Below, one piece after another: positions 40,613 through 53,332 of a stretch of 64,000 nucleotides of DNA (positions within the stretch are counted from its first letter, which is position 1; the number at the start of each line of letters is the position of its first letter). This stretch comes from Malacoraja senta (taxonomy: Eukaryota): the NCBI GenBank assembly GCA_038087875.1, contig CM075994.1, positions 5,458,001-5,522,000 of the forward strand, in the 5' to 3' direction. Below the pieces are notes generated by a model that searched no databases, was not told where the DNA came from, and saw only the letters and a program-made list of their open reading frames with translations. A program made the position numbers and the translations under genes.

Positions 40613-40699
40613 CTGGCACGAAAAGAAGAATAGCCATGCATAATGTCAATTGATTCATTATTCATCAAGTTACCCACATATTATTCTCAATTGAATTGC

Positions 40700-41398
40700 G
40701 CAGGATACCTGGATCGATGATGGTTTTGCGATCGACGAGCGATCAGCGGTCGATGAGCGTGTTAGGTGGGGGTGTCGGAGGGGAAGACAATGGGGACTTG
40801 GCAGAAGCGTGTGCCTCGGCGACAATTGAAGCCTTGGCGGCGGCGGGGCGTCGGCGGGGCCTCGGCGGCTGCGGGAGCCTCGGTGACGTTGGTGTCTCGT
40901 GATCGACAAGCGATAAGCGGTGGATGAGCGTGAGGGGGGGGATGATAAATGGTACCCGGCGTGTGGGGACCGCCGTGAAGACCAAAGGGGACCCGGCGTG
41001 GTGCGGCCGTCGTGAAAAATAATGGGATCCGGCGTGGGTGGACGGCCGAGAACAACAATGGGGAACCGGCGTGGAGGAACCGACGTGAGAGTCGGTGGGA
41101 GGAGAAAGGGAGACCAGGTATGGGTGATGGGAGGGCACTCTAGATTTTGAATCCTCTGCCCAGGGGATAAGCCTGCGTTCGTTTCTTTGTTCGTTCGTTC
41201 GTTCTGGTTAAGGTGCTGGGCACACGGCAGCCAGCCAACAGTCGCTTGTCTTTTTCTTCATTTATTTCACTTTTAATTTAATTTTAATTTCCGGTTTTCG
41301 TGTACCTTGTTGTGTTTTGTTATCAGACCAATCTGGTGCCAGACCAATCTCCCTCCGGGGATGGATAAAGTTTCATCGTATCGTACCGTATTATATCG
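40700..41398 (+). mobile_element. Non-autonomous retroposon with (ATCGT)n-like tail
   Basis: GC-rich insert interrupting an array unit; ends GGGGATGGATAAAGTTTCATCGTATCGTA. Confidence 0.5.
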
Positions 41399-43574
41399 TT
41401 CCTGCAAATGCTGAAATCCTAATATTTTTGTTATAGTTATTTGCGGAGACAAAGAAAATAATGGAGATTCTGGGGGGTTTCCACGATGGTATAAATGTTT
41501 GTCAGAAGCTACATTGGCCTGTGTATAATCTCTACAATTTTATATCCATTTGTTTAACAGTTGTTATTCTTGTATCCCTCTAATTTTTTAACTCGAAAGA
41601 AATTTCCCTGCCTCATCAGCTGTAAAGTGGTTTAAGGTTTAAAGCTTTAATTCCTTGAATGATAATCAGATAGTTATTCATCTGAGCGGACAATAAATAA
41701 TAATTTGAACTGCATGACATGCACGAATATTGGACATAATCATAAATGTGTTATCACTCATCGGGCCAGGCAACATTCAGGTCCAACAGGCATATCAAGA
41801 TCCGATCTCAAGAGAGGTCCTGACTCGAAACGTCGCGGATTTCCGTCCGCATCTGCCTCATAATCCATTGGGTGATTCTAGCAATTTTGATTATGAAATG
41901 CTTAATGTTAAAGTTAGGTGTCCGCAATATCACTTTGTAATTATTCTCATGGGCTAATCCCTGCACCGTGCTGTGTTGATGCGCAGAACGCAGCTGGATG
42001 ACTATTGGTGACAACTGTCTCCACCGCCGGTCATTGCTGACTGTAACCCGATCATTACAGCATGAACTAACAGGAAATGTATGGTTAATCAGGAAATACA
42101 TCAGCATTTGTTAGAATACGTTAACGTTTTTATGACTGCATGTTTATTTTAGGTATTTTAATTAATTTATTTAATTTGAAATTTTGTTTCATATTTTACT
42201 AATATTGTTATTTATGTTGTTATTTCTAATATACTTACGCATTTATTGTGGACTTTTACAAAATTGTGGACAAGTCCTTTGACTGACCGTCGAGATATAT
42301 ATGGGCTGGATACTAATTTTTGTCACTGGTGTTCCAGTCGCTCCTTTTTAAGGAAGAGACGGTTTTATGTCAAATGGCACAGTGAGCAAGAGTCGGATCA
42401 GTGCAACACCGAAATAAGTGTTAGACCTATTCGTACCCGTCCAAGTATGTTCGGTCCATGGATTTCAGATTCAGCAATGAAGAATTCGGCAACCAACATG
42501 CAAAGTATGAAAATCTGCGCAGAGGGCGTTACTTGATTTCCCTTCATCAACGCGATATGTATTTTTTTAAATTAATTTCAATCAATCGATCTAATTTTAA
42601 CATCAACGCTTATTGCCGTTCTTATGATTTGTTACACGAACCACAGACTTAACATGTCCTGCTGATATAACTTGATATTTGTCGTATGATCTAACACTGA
42701 ATACATCTGTCCTTACACCCATGTATTTGGTGAATTCCACCATTTTCAATTATACACTGCCTTAAAAACGAACTCACAGGCAAAAACGTTTTACATGTTT
42801 TTCCTGTGTTCTCTGATTGAGTGTGTTTCTTAGTTTGTGTGCGTGTGTGTATGTGCGCGTGCGTGCGTGTGTGCTTGTGTGTATGTATGAACGGCAACTG
42901 CGCGCATGTGTGAACGGAGAATCGGAACAATCTGAGTGTGCTGCAAGCGCTGAATGCAGAAGCCATGTTTATTTAGCCAATCATCTTCGGAAATACCCAC
43001 TGCACTACACTTCAATGTAAGAGGAAAATAATAACGGAAATGTGCAACACATAAACATTGAAGCATAATAATTGAATTAAGAGATTTATATATGCTTGAA
43101 ACTAAGAAGAATGCATAAAAAATGCTGAAACAAATTTCAATTTTAGTGTCCTTTATGTGCTCAGGAGCAGTTATCACTGGTAACACTGTGTTAATGTTAT
43201 TTATTCCTGGTTAGACCAACGTTTTTTTAAACTAATTTACCATCATTTTCGAGCGATAGCAGTCGTTTAAACAACGTTCATAAGGGACGAGATAATTACA
43301 TCCTACAGAGGAACGACGACAGTGGATCATCAATTTAAAAGCAATATCTTTCCTTCTGCGTACGCAGCTATTGCGGTTATTAACACATTTCATTTCCAAA
43401 ATGAGTCGGGCCGTGTGATCTCATCAAGTCATACTCTGGACATTAACAGCAGCAAAGCAAGACTATTTTTAGTTCCTCATAAACTTAACCAACTCAGATA
43501 TATATGAGACACATGAATTCTGGAAGGTGTACCACGTGTAAACATCCATTTCGTGATTGTTGATTATTTCTTAC

Positions 43575-43601
43575 CTTTTTCGGCTTGCAACTTTTTAATT
43601 T
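43575..43601 (-). CDS. Microexon 6, 27 nt, EIKKLQAEK
   Basis: ttctattttttcatacag|AAATTAAAAAGTTGCAAGCCGAAAAAG|gtaaga. Confidence 0.85.
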
Positions 43602-44250
43602 CTGTATGAAAAAATAGAACGGAAATGTTCTAATTAAACTTTTCATTTCATGTCGATCGAAAAAGAGTAGTGGGGCCTCTTGTTCAATCTTGCCTTGGAG
43701 CAATGTATCTGGCCATTAAAATAAGTATCAATTGCTAGTGTAACTACAAAGCGTAGAGAGAAACACCTTTTTATTTGTACAACTGACAGTTGTCTGGAAA
43801 AATCCTGCCTAATTTCAGGTTATACATCATTATATTCTCGCAGAAATCAATGTCAGCGTCGCGATGGGAGTCTCACTGTGAGGATATGATTTGTAGAATT
43901 ATTTTTAAAATAAAATTGTTTATATTGCACGTTTACACCAGTTGTAAATATCTTTCCATCCCGGGTACATCTGTATTAAAGACAATATATCAGAACACCT
44001 GTGCTGTCTACTTTAGTACAACGCGTTGTGCATATCAATTACGTTTTGCTAAGTTAGTAAGTAAATAACAAAAATTCGCTGTGCGGAACGGGACATCTCG
44101 AAGGTAGGTGACAGGGTTTATAATCACGGAAACACAATTCCAGTTGGTCGATGCATTGTTGAATGGAGAAAACACAAAAAAAAGTGTTTTGGTTACACCT
44201 GCATTATTCAAAGCAAAAACCAAGTGAACAAGTGGACATTAAAGTGCACA

Positions 44251-47200
44251 CGAGTTTCTCCAGCACTTTTGTCTACCTTCGATTTTCCAGCATCTGCAGT
44301 TCCATCCTAAACACGTTGTCTACTCCACTGCGAAATCTCCTCAAGGTATGTGTACTTTTAAGAAGTTCTCCTCCTCCCACCGAAGACAGCTTTACAAACT
44401 CCTCTCCAACTGCTCCCCCTCTGTGATTCCCCCTTCCCTTCAATTCTAGGACCACATACTAACCCAGACACGATACCACAGCCACATCGTCTTCCTCGGG
44501 ACATGCCTCCGCCTCCTTCTCATACCTCATGGCTTCCAGCTCCAGTTCCCTACCACCCAGTTCGGACCCAAGCCGGACTATCGATACCGACTGGATATCT
44601 ATCGGCATACACAACCATTCTCCCACCGGGCACTGAGATCTACCCTGGCTGCGATGCGCCGGCAGCAGCAGGACCTCGCATTGAGTCTCCCGAAACTTCG
44701 GGCCTCACTCACCCAGACCTGCAACGGACCACAACTCTACTTCATCCGCCGGAAAATTCACCTCTTCAATCAACGATTCCTGGCCCACCTTAACTCCAAC
44801 AAGGAACTGAATGTAGCCCGTCTCCAGGCCGCTCCTGCCACCGACACTCCGCGACTCGACCGACTGCAGACCCCGGCCCCCAATTCTGCCCGCGCCGCCT
44901 GCCCGAGCCCCGCGACGCCATCTTGGCCACGAGGAGCAGTTCCAGTACTCAGCAGAAAACCGCCTTCGCCGACCTCTACGTCGATGCTGCCGCCGACCTT
45001 CACCTGCCTACCGATGACGCCGAGCCTCGCTGCCTCACCGATAACTCTATATATCTCACCCTCCCCGATTCCTCCGAGTATCGACACAATAACATGACGC
45101 CGAACCTCGTCGCCCCCCGGAACAGCCTAACCTCATCGTCCCGCGGGACCGCCTAACCTCATCGCCGCACCGGGCCCATTCAAATTTCCCGCTGCACTGG
45201 GCCCATGTAACATTCCCACTGCACTGGGCCCGCCGTATATCGCAGCCGCACCCGGCCCATCGAACATCGCCGTCGCACTGGGCCCATCGAACATCGCCGT
45301 CGCACTGGGCCCATCCAACATCCCCGTCGCACTGGGCCCATCCAACATCGCCGTCGCACGGGGCCCATCCAAGATCGCCGTTGCACCGGGCCCATCCAAC
45401 ATTGCCGCCGAACCCGGCCCATCGAACACCGCCGCCGGACCGGTCATACCGAACATCGCCGCCGGGCCTGGGCTCACAGAACATGGCCGCCGCACTGCGC
45501 CATACTCACCTCGTCGCCTCACCGGGCTGGCCGAACCGCGCCGCACCACCGACCATCCGCCCACCGGGACCTCCCACATATCGCCCGCCGACCGCACTCC
45601 ACTACCCGCGGACTCCTACCATCGGTTCCGCCGACCCTCGCCACTCCACTGCCATCCAGCAGCTCGCAGCCGTCGCCTTACCTGCAGACTAGACTCAGCA
45701 CCTGGCATGGAGTTTCCACGCTGCAGTTTCCCACTCCCCTGGCTTTGACTGCGCTGGGTTCTAGAGTTAGTCCGCCTAACCCTGTTAACCTCAGTGGGTG
45801 TTCCACTAGGTCTTGCCCATCCCCCTCAAACTATGTGACCCCTGGTCTTCCCCACCCACACTACAGTCTTCATGCCCCCCCCCCCTCCTCCCTGACCCCC
45901 CACCAGACATCGCCTCGGCCTCAGTCCACTCACCTGCCTTCCTCCGTCCCCATCCCTCATCCCTGCCGTGCGTTCACCATCCCCCCTCACCTCCCCTTCT
46001 CCGACACCGAACGGTCGGTCCTAAGCAGATGTCTTACCTGTGTCCCCCACCGCGCCCACCACGACTTGGAGCTCTTCAACCGTCGCCTCCGCCTCACAGC
46101 GTTCTTCCATGGGAAGGAGTCCTCGTCCCCTATTGATGATCCATTTTCCAGTCTCCAACGTACCCTCTCCTCGTGGACCCCCACCCCCCCCTCATGGCCT
46201 TCCGGCTTTAGTCCTTTTTATCCAAATCAACCGCCTCAACTTCTCCACTCCTCTGTCTCCCTCCAATCTCTCCCCCCTGAAATACAGCCATCGACTCATT
46301 CCGCAACAACCAAGACTGGGTTATCAAATCCCCCGACAAGGGAGGTGCCGTGGTAGTCTGGCGCGTCGATCTCTACAAAGCTGAGGGCACGCGCCAACAC
46401 TCGGAACATCCTCCTACTTACACCTGGACCATGACCCCCACAGACGAGCACCAGGCCATTATCTCTAGCACTGACTTCATCCACTCCGGCTCCCTGCCCC
46501 ACCGAGCCTACAACTTCATCGTCCCCCAGCCCCGCACGGCCCGATTTTACCTTCTCCCCAAAATCCACGACCTGCCTGTCCTAGTAGACCCATTGTCCCT
46601 GCCTTTTCGTGCCCTACCAAACTTATTTCCACATACCTTTACTCCATCCTACCCCCCCCCCTGGTTAAATCCCTCCCTCCTATGTTCCAGACACCTCAGG
46701 CACTCTCCGTCGTCTCCGGGCCCCCATCCCCTCATCTTCACCATGGACGTCCAGTCGTTCTACACCTCCAACCCCCACCAGGATGGTCTCAAAGCCCTCC
46801 GGTTCTTCCACGACCGGTGAATCAACCTATACCCGTCCACAGATAATCTCCTCCGCCTAGCGGAGTTGGTCCTTACCCTCAATAACTTCTCGTTTGACTC
46901 CTCCCATTTCCTCCAAATACAAGGCGTAGCTATGGGCACGCGCACGGGCCCCAGCTGTGCCTGCCTCTTTGACGGGTACGTCGAACAATCCCTGTTCAAT
47001 ACGTACCAGGGCCCCATCGCCGACATCTACCTCCACTACATCGACGATTGCTTAGGTGCTACCTCCTGCACCTACACACAACTGACTGACTTCATCTGCT
47101 TCACCACTAACACCCATCCGGCACTCAAATATACCTGGACCATTTATGACACGTCCCTAGCATTTCTTGTCCGCTCTATCTCCATCGCAGGTGATAGATT

Positions 47201-48316
47201 CTGACCGACATCCACTATAAACCCACTGACTCCCATGGCTATCTAGACGACTCTTCCTCCCACCATGCTTCCTGTAAGGACTCCATCCTCTACTCCCAAT
47301 TAGTCCATCTACGCCGCATCTGCTCCCAGGATGAGGTGTTCCACACCAGGGCATCTGAAATGTCCTCATTCTTCAGGAAACGGGAGTTCCCCTCCCCACC
47401 ATAGACGATGCTCTCATCAGGGTGTCTTCAATACCTCGCAACACTGCTCTCTCTCTCTCTCCATCCCCCCACTTGTAACAAGGGCAGAGTCCCCCTAGTC
47501 CTCAACTTTCACCACACTAGCCGTCACATCCAACAAATAGTCCTCCGTCATTTTCGCCACCTCCAACGTGACCCCACCACTCGGCACATCTTCCCATCTC
47601 CCTCCTGACTGCATTCCGCAAAGACCGCTCCCTCCATAGCACCCTGGTCATTCATTCCCTTCTCTCCCGCACCACCCCCTCGCAAGATATGCTACACTTG
47701 TCGCTTTACCCCCCCCCTCGACTCCATTCAAGGACACAAGCAGAGGTTCCAGGTGCGACAGAGGTTCGCCTGCATCTCCTCCAACCTCATTTATAGCATC
47801 CGTTGCTCTAGATGTCAGCTGATCTACATCGGTGAGACCAAGCATAGGCTTAGCGATCGTTTCGCCGAACACCTCCACTCGGTCCGCATTAACCAACCTG
47901 ATATCCCCGTGGCTCAGCACTTCAGCTCCCACTCCCATTCCGAATCCGACCTCTTTGTCATATGGGCCTCCTCCATGGCCAGAGTCAGTACCACAGGAAA
48001 TTGGAGGAGCAGCACCTCATATTCCGCTTGGGCAGTCTGCACCCTAGCGGCATAAACATTGAATTCTCCAATTTCCATTAGCCCTTGCTGTCTCCTCCCC
48101 TTCTCAGCTCTCCCTCAGACCTCGGGCTCCTCCTCTTCCTTTTACGTTTCCTCTCCCCGCCCCCCCCCCCCACCACCCTTCATCACTCTGAAGCATGGTT
48201 TCGGCCCGAAACGTTGCCTATTTCCTTAGCTCCATAGATGCTGCTGCATTCGCTAAGTTTATCCAGCTCTTTTGTCTACCTTCGATTTTCCAGCATCTGG
48301 AGTTCCTTCTTAAACA
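44251..48316 (+). mobile_element. Near full-length decayed Penelope-like element with partial 5' pLTR
   Basis: 5' 44251-44314 repeats the 3' end; N-terminal HIVFLGTC..LIPHGF; RT (YLHYIDD) and GIY-YIG; 16-bp flanking direct repeat AACAAGTGGACATTAA (44227-44242, 48313-48328). Confidence 0.95.
45150..45445 (+). repeat. 27-bp minisatellite inside the PLE ORF
   Basis: (GCACTGGGCCCATCGAACATCGCCGTC)n, about 10 units; more diverged version at ~17235-17520. Confidence 0.9.
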
Positions 48317-48989
48317 AGTGGACATTAATGTTGACTGCCGGGGAATTATTGCAGACTCGTGTGAGTAACCTAAACAAGATAATCAATTTAATCTTGCGGA
48401 ACATTTCAAAGCGGAAATTAGCTACGGTTACCAAGAGAGAATCAAATGAGAACGAATGTTGCAAAAATCGGAATTCGGCAGACGTAAACTAAATTAACAA
48501 CAAAGGCCAGGTGTTGACACTTCGCGCCCAAAGAATACTGGTAGTGAAAGAATAAAAAAAAGAAGCTGGACATGTTGGTTTACCAGGGAAAGACACAAAA
48601 TGCTGGAGTAACTCAACAGGTCAAGCAGCATCCTTGAAAAACACAGAAAGGTGATGTTTTGGGATGTGGCCATTCTTGCATTTTCTACTGATGTTACTTT
48701 CGTAGTAAATATAGCCTTGGCATTGAAAGCGTTAATTTAGTCACTGCTGCGATTCAATTATTTCCATCGACTCGTGGTAGATATCAATTTATATCAAATT
48801 CCAAATAAATTTGTGACGGCTTGCAAACAATCACTGTTGAATAGATTGTACTGCAACGTTTATCTCGCATTTCCCTCGTGCCTAATTTGCAGGTAATTTC
48901 ATATTTTTTTTAGGAGACCTCGTTGTCAAAGTTCCAGGTCCATGTTCACAGCGACAGCATAGAAAATACATGAACATAATATTAATCAC

Positions 48990-49016
48990 CTTCATCTTTT
49001 CGCCTGAGCTGCTCTT
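48990..49016 (-). CDS. Microexon 5, 27 nt, EEQLRRKDE
   Basis: ctatttttttatgcag|AAGAGCAGCTCAGGCGAAAAGATGAAG|gtgatt. Confidence 0.8.
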
Positions 49017-49729
49017 CTGCATAAAAAAATAGTAATTTTATCATAACATAATCGAGTTAACTGATGTAACTCCTTTTTTTCTATTAATGTACTGAGTTAT
49101 AATTATTCGTCTATGTTAGGCGATGGACTTTATTTGTTAAGTTGCACTATAATTTAAATAATAAATTAAAAAATAAACCTTAAATATACAATGCGTCAAT
49201 TCAACAACAAGCGATTAAATCTGTTAATTCGTGATAACTAACTAAGAGCCAACCGTTATTGTCAAATATCATAACTTACTCTGTATATTAATAGATCATA
49301 TTTGAATGATCAAATATTAATTTGTGGGTCGTGGTGTTTACAATATTAAATTGGCGGCAGAGATTCCAAACAATTTTTTTTCCTAAGGGATTGCAGAAGT
49401 CAAATTCGAAGCAAATACGTTATGAAATCAGTAAAATGTTGGGGTCAGTCATAATTTTGCGGGAAAATCAGCGGATAATCAGACCCCCGCGGGCGTAATC
49501 AGAAAATAATGTTGGGGATAACTATTTCAAGCAAAGGATGGTTGGTGTACGTAACTGGCTGCAGGAGACGTAGTCGAGGCAGGTACGTTTGCAACGTCTA
49601 CGAAATATTTAGAGAGGTATATGCGTAGGACAGGTTTAGAGAGATATGCGCCAAATACAGGCAGGTGAGGCGAGGATAGATGGGTCAAGTTGGCCGGTGT
49701 GGGAAGGTTAGGCCGAAGGGCCTGTATCC

Positions 49730-50325
49730 ATGTCCCCACTTACGTGACCTTGGCACGCTAATTACTCGACCTCGTTGTCGCGTTGAGGCGCGACGGTCCC
49801 GCGAAGGTCGTGCGCGACTTGATGCGCCCGCACAGCCTTCTGGAGCGCGGGACGTCATTTGAAGATGGACACAAAATGCAGGAGTAACTCAGCGGGACCG
49901 GCAGCATCTGTGGAGAGAAGGAATGGGTGAGGTTTCGTGTCGAGACTCTTCTTCAGTATCATCAATTTCCGTGGCCCCGCTCTGGGAGTAGAAGTGGGGG
50001 GCGGATCCGGACCGCAACGGCCGTGAGCCCCAGGCCGAGCTCGGCGATCGTTTGCCTGCTTCTGCTGCTGTTGGAGGTGAGACGTTGCGCCAGGGTCTTG
50101 GGCCCGTCCCACTTTGGCCGTCAGTTACGCGACAGGCCGGTGGCGCGTGAAGATTTCGTTCCCTACAAAATTTCGGAACGCCGCGCAATACCGCGCACAA
50201 CTCCAAGCCCTTCCGAGCTTTTCAGTGGCACTGGCCCTGCGCGGCCACACGAAGCGCGTGCGCCTCAACGCGACGACGAGGTAGCGTAATTTGCGTGCCA
50301 AGGACACGTAAGTGGGACAGGGCAT
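49730..50325. mobile_element. Harbinger-like MITE with nested inverted pLTR/hammerhead fragment (~49860-49960, minus)
   Basis: TIRs CCCACTTACGTGACCTTGGCACGC / GCGTGCCAAGGACACGTAAGTGGG. Confidence 0.75.
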
Positions 50326-50983
50326 TAAGATTCTATGACTCAGTGATTCTAAATACATGTAGTGTATCCATTTGACTGAATCGTACACACGACTGCTGAA
50401 TCTGAATGCATCAATTACCGTCGACTTCAAACGTTATCTCTGCATGGATCTCCACTGATACGGACGAATTCGGTTTATTCCGGCTGACCTTCCATGTTTT
50501 TGTTATATCCACTATTGTTTCTATGTAAGAATGCGTCAGTACCATCTACTATTTATTCGTATATGTCTGCATGTCTCTGTCTGTAGATGAGTGCACGCAT
50601 TTGTCTCGCTTTAATCAGCCTGCTTGATAGCAGTCCACCTGCTCAATATATCATAATGTGGATCAATGAGGAATCAGAAAATAAAGCTGGTGAACCCGTT
50701 TTAAAATCATATAACAAGACAGTTTCATAACTTATTTTACCATTATACCAAAGCTGTCTATATACGCATATGCACCTTAAAATTTACGACGATATTCCCT
50801 TTTTGCGTGATATCTGACGCCTGCTACTCTTTGTCGAGATATATTGATCAAAAAAAATAAAATTCTTTGCATGAGTCCTTAAAGTGATTTCAGCAGTGGA
50901 ACACGTCAATTGTTTAACATTGAAGCTGAACTTTATTCGATGACATTTTCTGAAATAACATGTAACATTTCGAACATGCTCAC

Positions 50984-51019
50984 CGACATCCTTCTTGAAG
51001 GCCTCTAGTACATCTCCGC
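50984..51019 (-). CDS. Microexon 4, 36 nt, GGDVLEAFKKDV
   Basis: tgcttgtgtatcggcag|GCGGAG...GATGTCG|gtgagc; phase 1/1, open; polypyrimidine tract modest. Confidence 0.6.
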
Positions 51020-51965
51020 CTGCCGATACACAAGCATAGTTACATTTTCGTGACACATTGCGACACTACAATAACATGTTTTATACGGTTTTACGAGCAA
51101 CTTCACGATAAGTCCAATTTGCAATTGAGAATCACTTCAATTGTACAAATACATTCGTATGTTTTCATTCTTGGCATTATGTATACAGAAACGCACTTCA
51201 AGCGGACTACGTCCAAATTAAAAAATAATTTTCAAACCACAACCCTCAGATAATTAAAATTAAACATCTGTCGACAATGATGAAGTGTTTACAAATTCGT
51301 CAACATCATATTTGTCCCATTATAAACCTGTATTTTCTGTTCAAATGTATTTGAACAACATATCCCATGAAGTAAGGTGAGTCGGGAAACAAATGTTGCT
51401 TGCACTCGTCAGCCACTGCGAATCGGAGAAGGAAGGAGTTTAGTGGCTCCTAGATCGAGGGTGCGTGGTATTCGAGAAACGTTACCAAAGGCTGCAGCAT
51501 AGTAGACTGCGCATGGATGTCAACAACGGAACTATTTTTGCAATGCGTGATATCACGACAAATCTAACGTGCGTTATCAGCGTTTGAGTTTCAGGGTAAC
51601 GGCGTGGTGTTAAAAGGGGATTGCTTTTTTACTGGTTAGAATAGAGCAACAAACCAATAAGTTGATTGCAAATGATGTTCATTATGCCTGTATTTTATCG
51701 TAAATTATTTATATATAAATGCAGGACTAAATATACTAACATATTTATAAAATACGCTAGCTCCAATACTTTTCGAGTAATTTTAACGATTGTTTCTAAT
51801 GTCGAATTATTGTCAGGAATTTGAAGACTTTTGTGGAATTTGAAATCCCAATCGTACTACCTAGAACGTGGAATGAGTATTTCAGTATGCAACCTTGTAC
51901 TCATTGTTATCATGATGGCAAACGTAAAATTAAAGTTTATAATTGTCATCGAGTCTGGATCTTAC

Positions 51966-51992
51966 CTGCTGGTTTAGTAATTGATTTATCTT
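51966..51992 (-). CDS. Microexon 3, 27 nt, EDKSITKPA
   Basis: cctttatatatttttag|AAGATAAATCAATTACTAAACCAGCAG|gtaaga. Confidence 0.8.
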
Positions 51993-52404
51993 CTAAAAAT
52001 ATATAAAGGTAACGATAAATACATGTGCGCAGTAGATGCTGATCGGAATAAATTTCATATCATGTCTGAACTCTTCTGCGCGTTTTACCCGATGATCGTG
52101 ATATTATATGGACTGTTTTCTGCAGCTTCCCAGTACCTCCTTGTAGACATAGTATCATCATTCCTTGCCACTTATTCGAGCTGTTGGGAAGACTTTTTTT
52201 TTTTAATGGCTACGTTGTTTTATTTTTATTTTGTTCTTTCCAAACGTAGAACGCCATGCCAGGAGAGTGTATAACAGGGATTAATGTATATGTCGATGTT
52301 TTACTGTTCAGGTAGATAGTTCCAGACTGACATGCAGATCACGGTTCTGCACACACTGACTACAGCATAACAGGCATGCCCTTTTAATCTCCACACCAAT
52401 CAAC

Positions 52405-53332
52405 GGACAATAGACAATAGACAATAGTGAATAGGTGCAACATTAGGCCATTCGGCCCTTCGAGTCAGCACCGCCATTTAATGTGAGCAATGCAGATCAT
52501 CCCCAATCAGTACCCCGTTCCTGCCTTCTCCCCATATCCCCTGACTCCGCTATTTTAAGAGCGCTATATAGCTCTCTCTTGAAAGCATCCAGCGAACCTA
52601 CCTCCACGGCTCTCTGAGGCAGAGAATTCCACAGACTCACCACTCTCTGTGAGAAAAAGTGTTTCCTCGTCTCCGTTCTAAATGGCTTACTCCTTTTTCT
52701 TGAACTGTGGCCCCTGGTTCTGGACTCCCCCAACATCGGGAACATGTTTCCTGCCTCTGGCATGTCCAAACCCTTAACAATCTTATAAGTTTCAATGAGA
52801 TTACCTCTCATCCTTCTAAACTCCAGAGTGTATAAGCCCAGCTGCTCCATTCTCTCAGCATATGACAGTCCCGCCAACCCGTAAAAGAACATTGTAAACC
52901 TACGCTGCACTCTCTGAATAGCAAGAATGTCCTTCCTCAAATTAGGGGACAAAAACTGCACACAGTACTCCAGTTGTGGTCTCACTAGGGCTCTGCAGAA
53001 GGACATCTTTACTCCTATATTCGATTCCTCTTGTTATAAAGGCCAACATGTCATTAGCTTTCTTCACTGCCTGCTGTACCTGCATGCTTACTTTCATAGA
53101 CTGGTGTACAAGGACCCGCAGATCCCGTTGTACTTCACCTTTTCCGAACTTGACCCCATTTAGATAGTAATCTGCCTTCCTGTTTTTGCGACCAATGCGG
53201 ATAACCTCACATTTATCCGCATTAGACTTCATCCCATGCATCTGCCCACTCCCCCAACCTGTCCAAGTCACCCTGCATTCTCATAGCATCCTCCTCACAG
53301 TTCACACTGCCGCCCAGCTTTGTGTCATCTGT
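52405..53332 (-). mobile_element. 5'-truncated CR1 (same family as 21668-25110)
   Basis: ALVRPQLEYCVQF...FFSQRVVSLWNSLP; (GACAATA)n tail on the plus strand. Confidence 0.92.

Larger units (their letters stand above)
27650..43530. repeat. Old, diverged tandem array of five ~2.5-4 kb units, one TDKD microexon per unit
   Basis: Collinear landmarks recur: GAACTGTTCA-like at ~28371, 31021, 34311, 36141, 40507; TATCCAAT at ~28124, 30794, 33416, 35891, 40187. Confidence 0.9.

Noticed and set aside
45150..45445. CRISPR-like array
   Set aside because: Head-to-tail minisatellite without unique spacers, in a eukaryotic context with no cas genes.
50419..50439. 21-nt open phase-1 candidate exon (EITFEVD)
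   Set aside because: No polypyrimidine tract before the AG.
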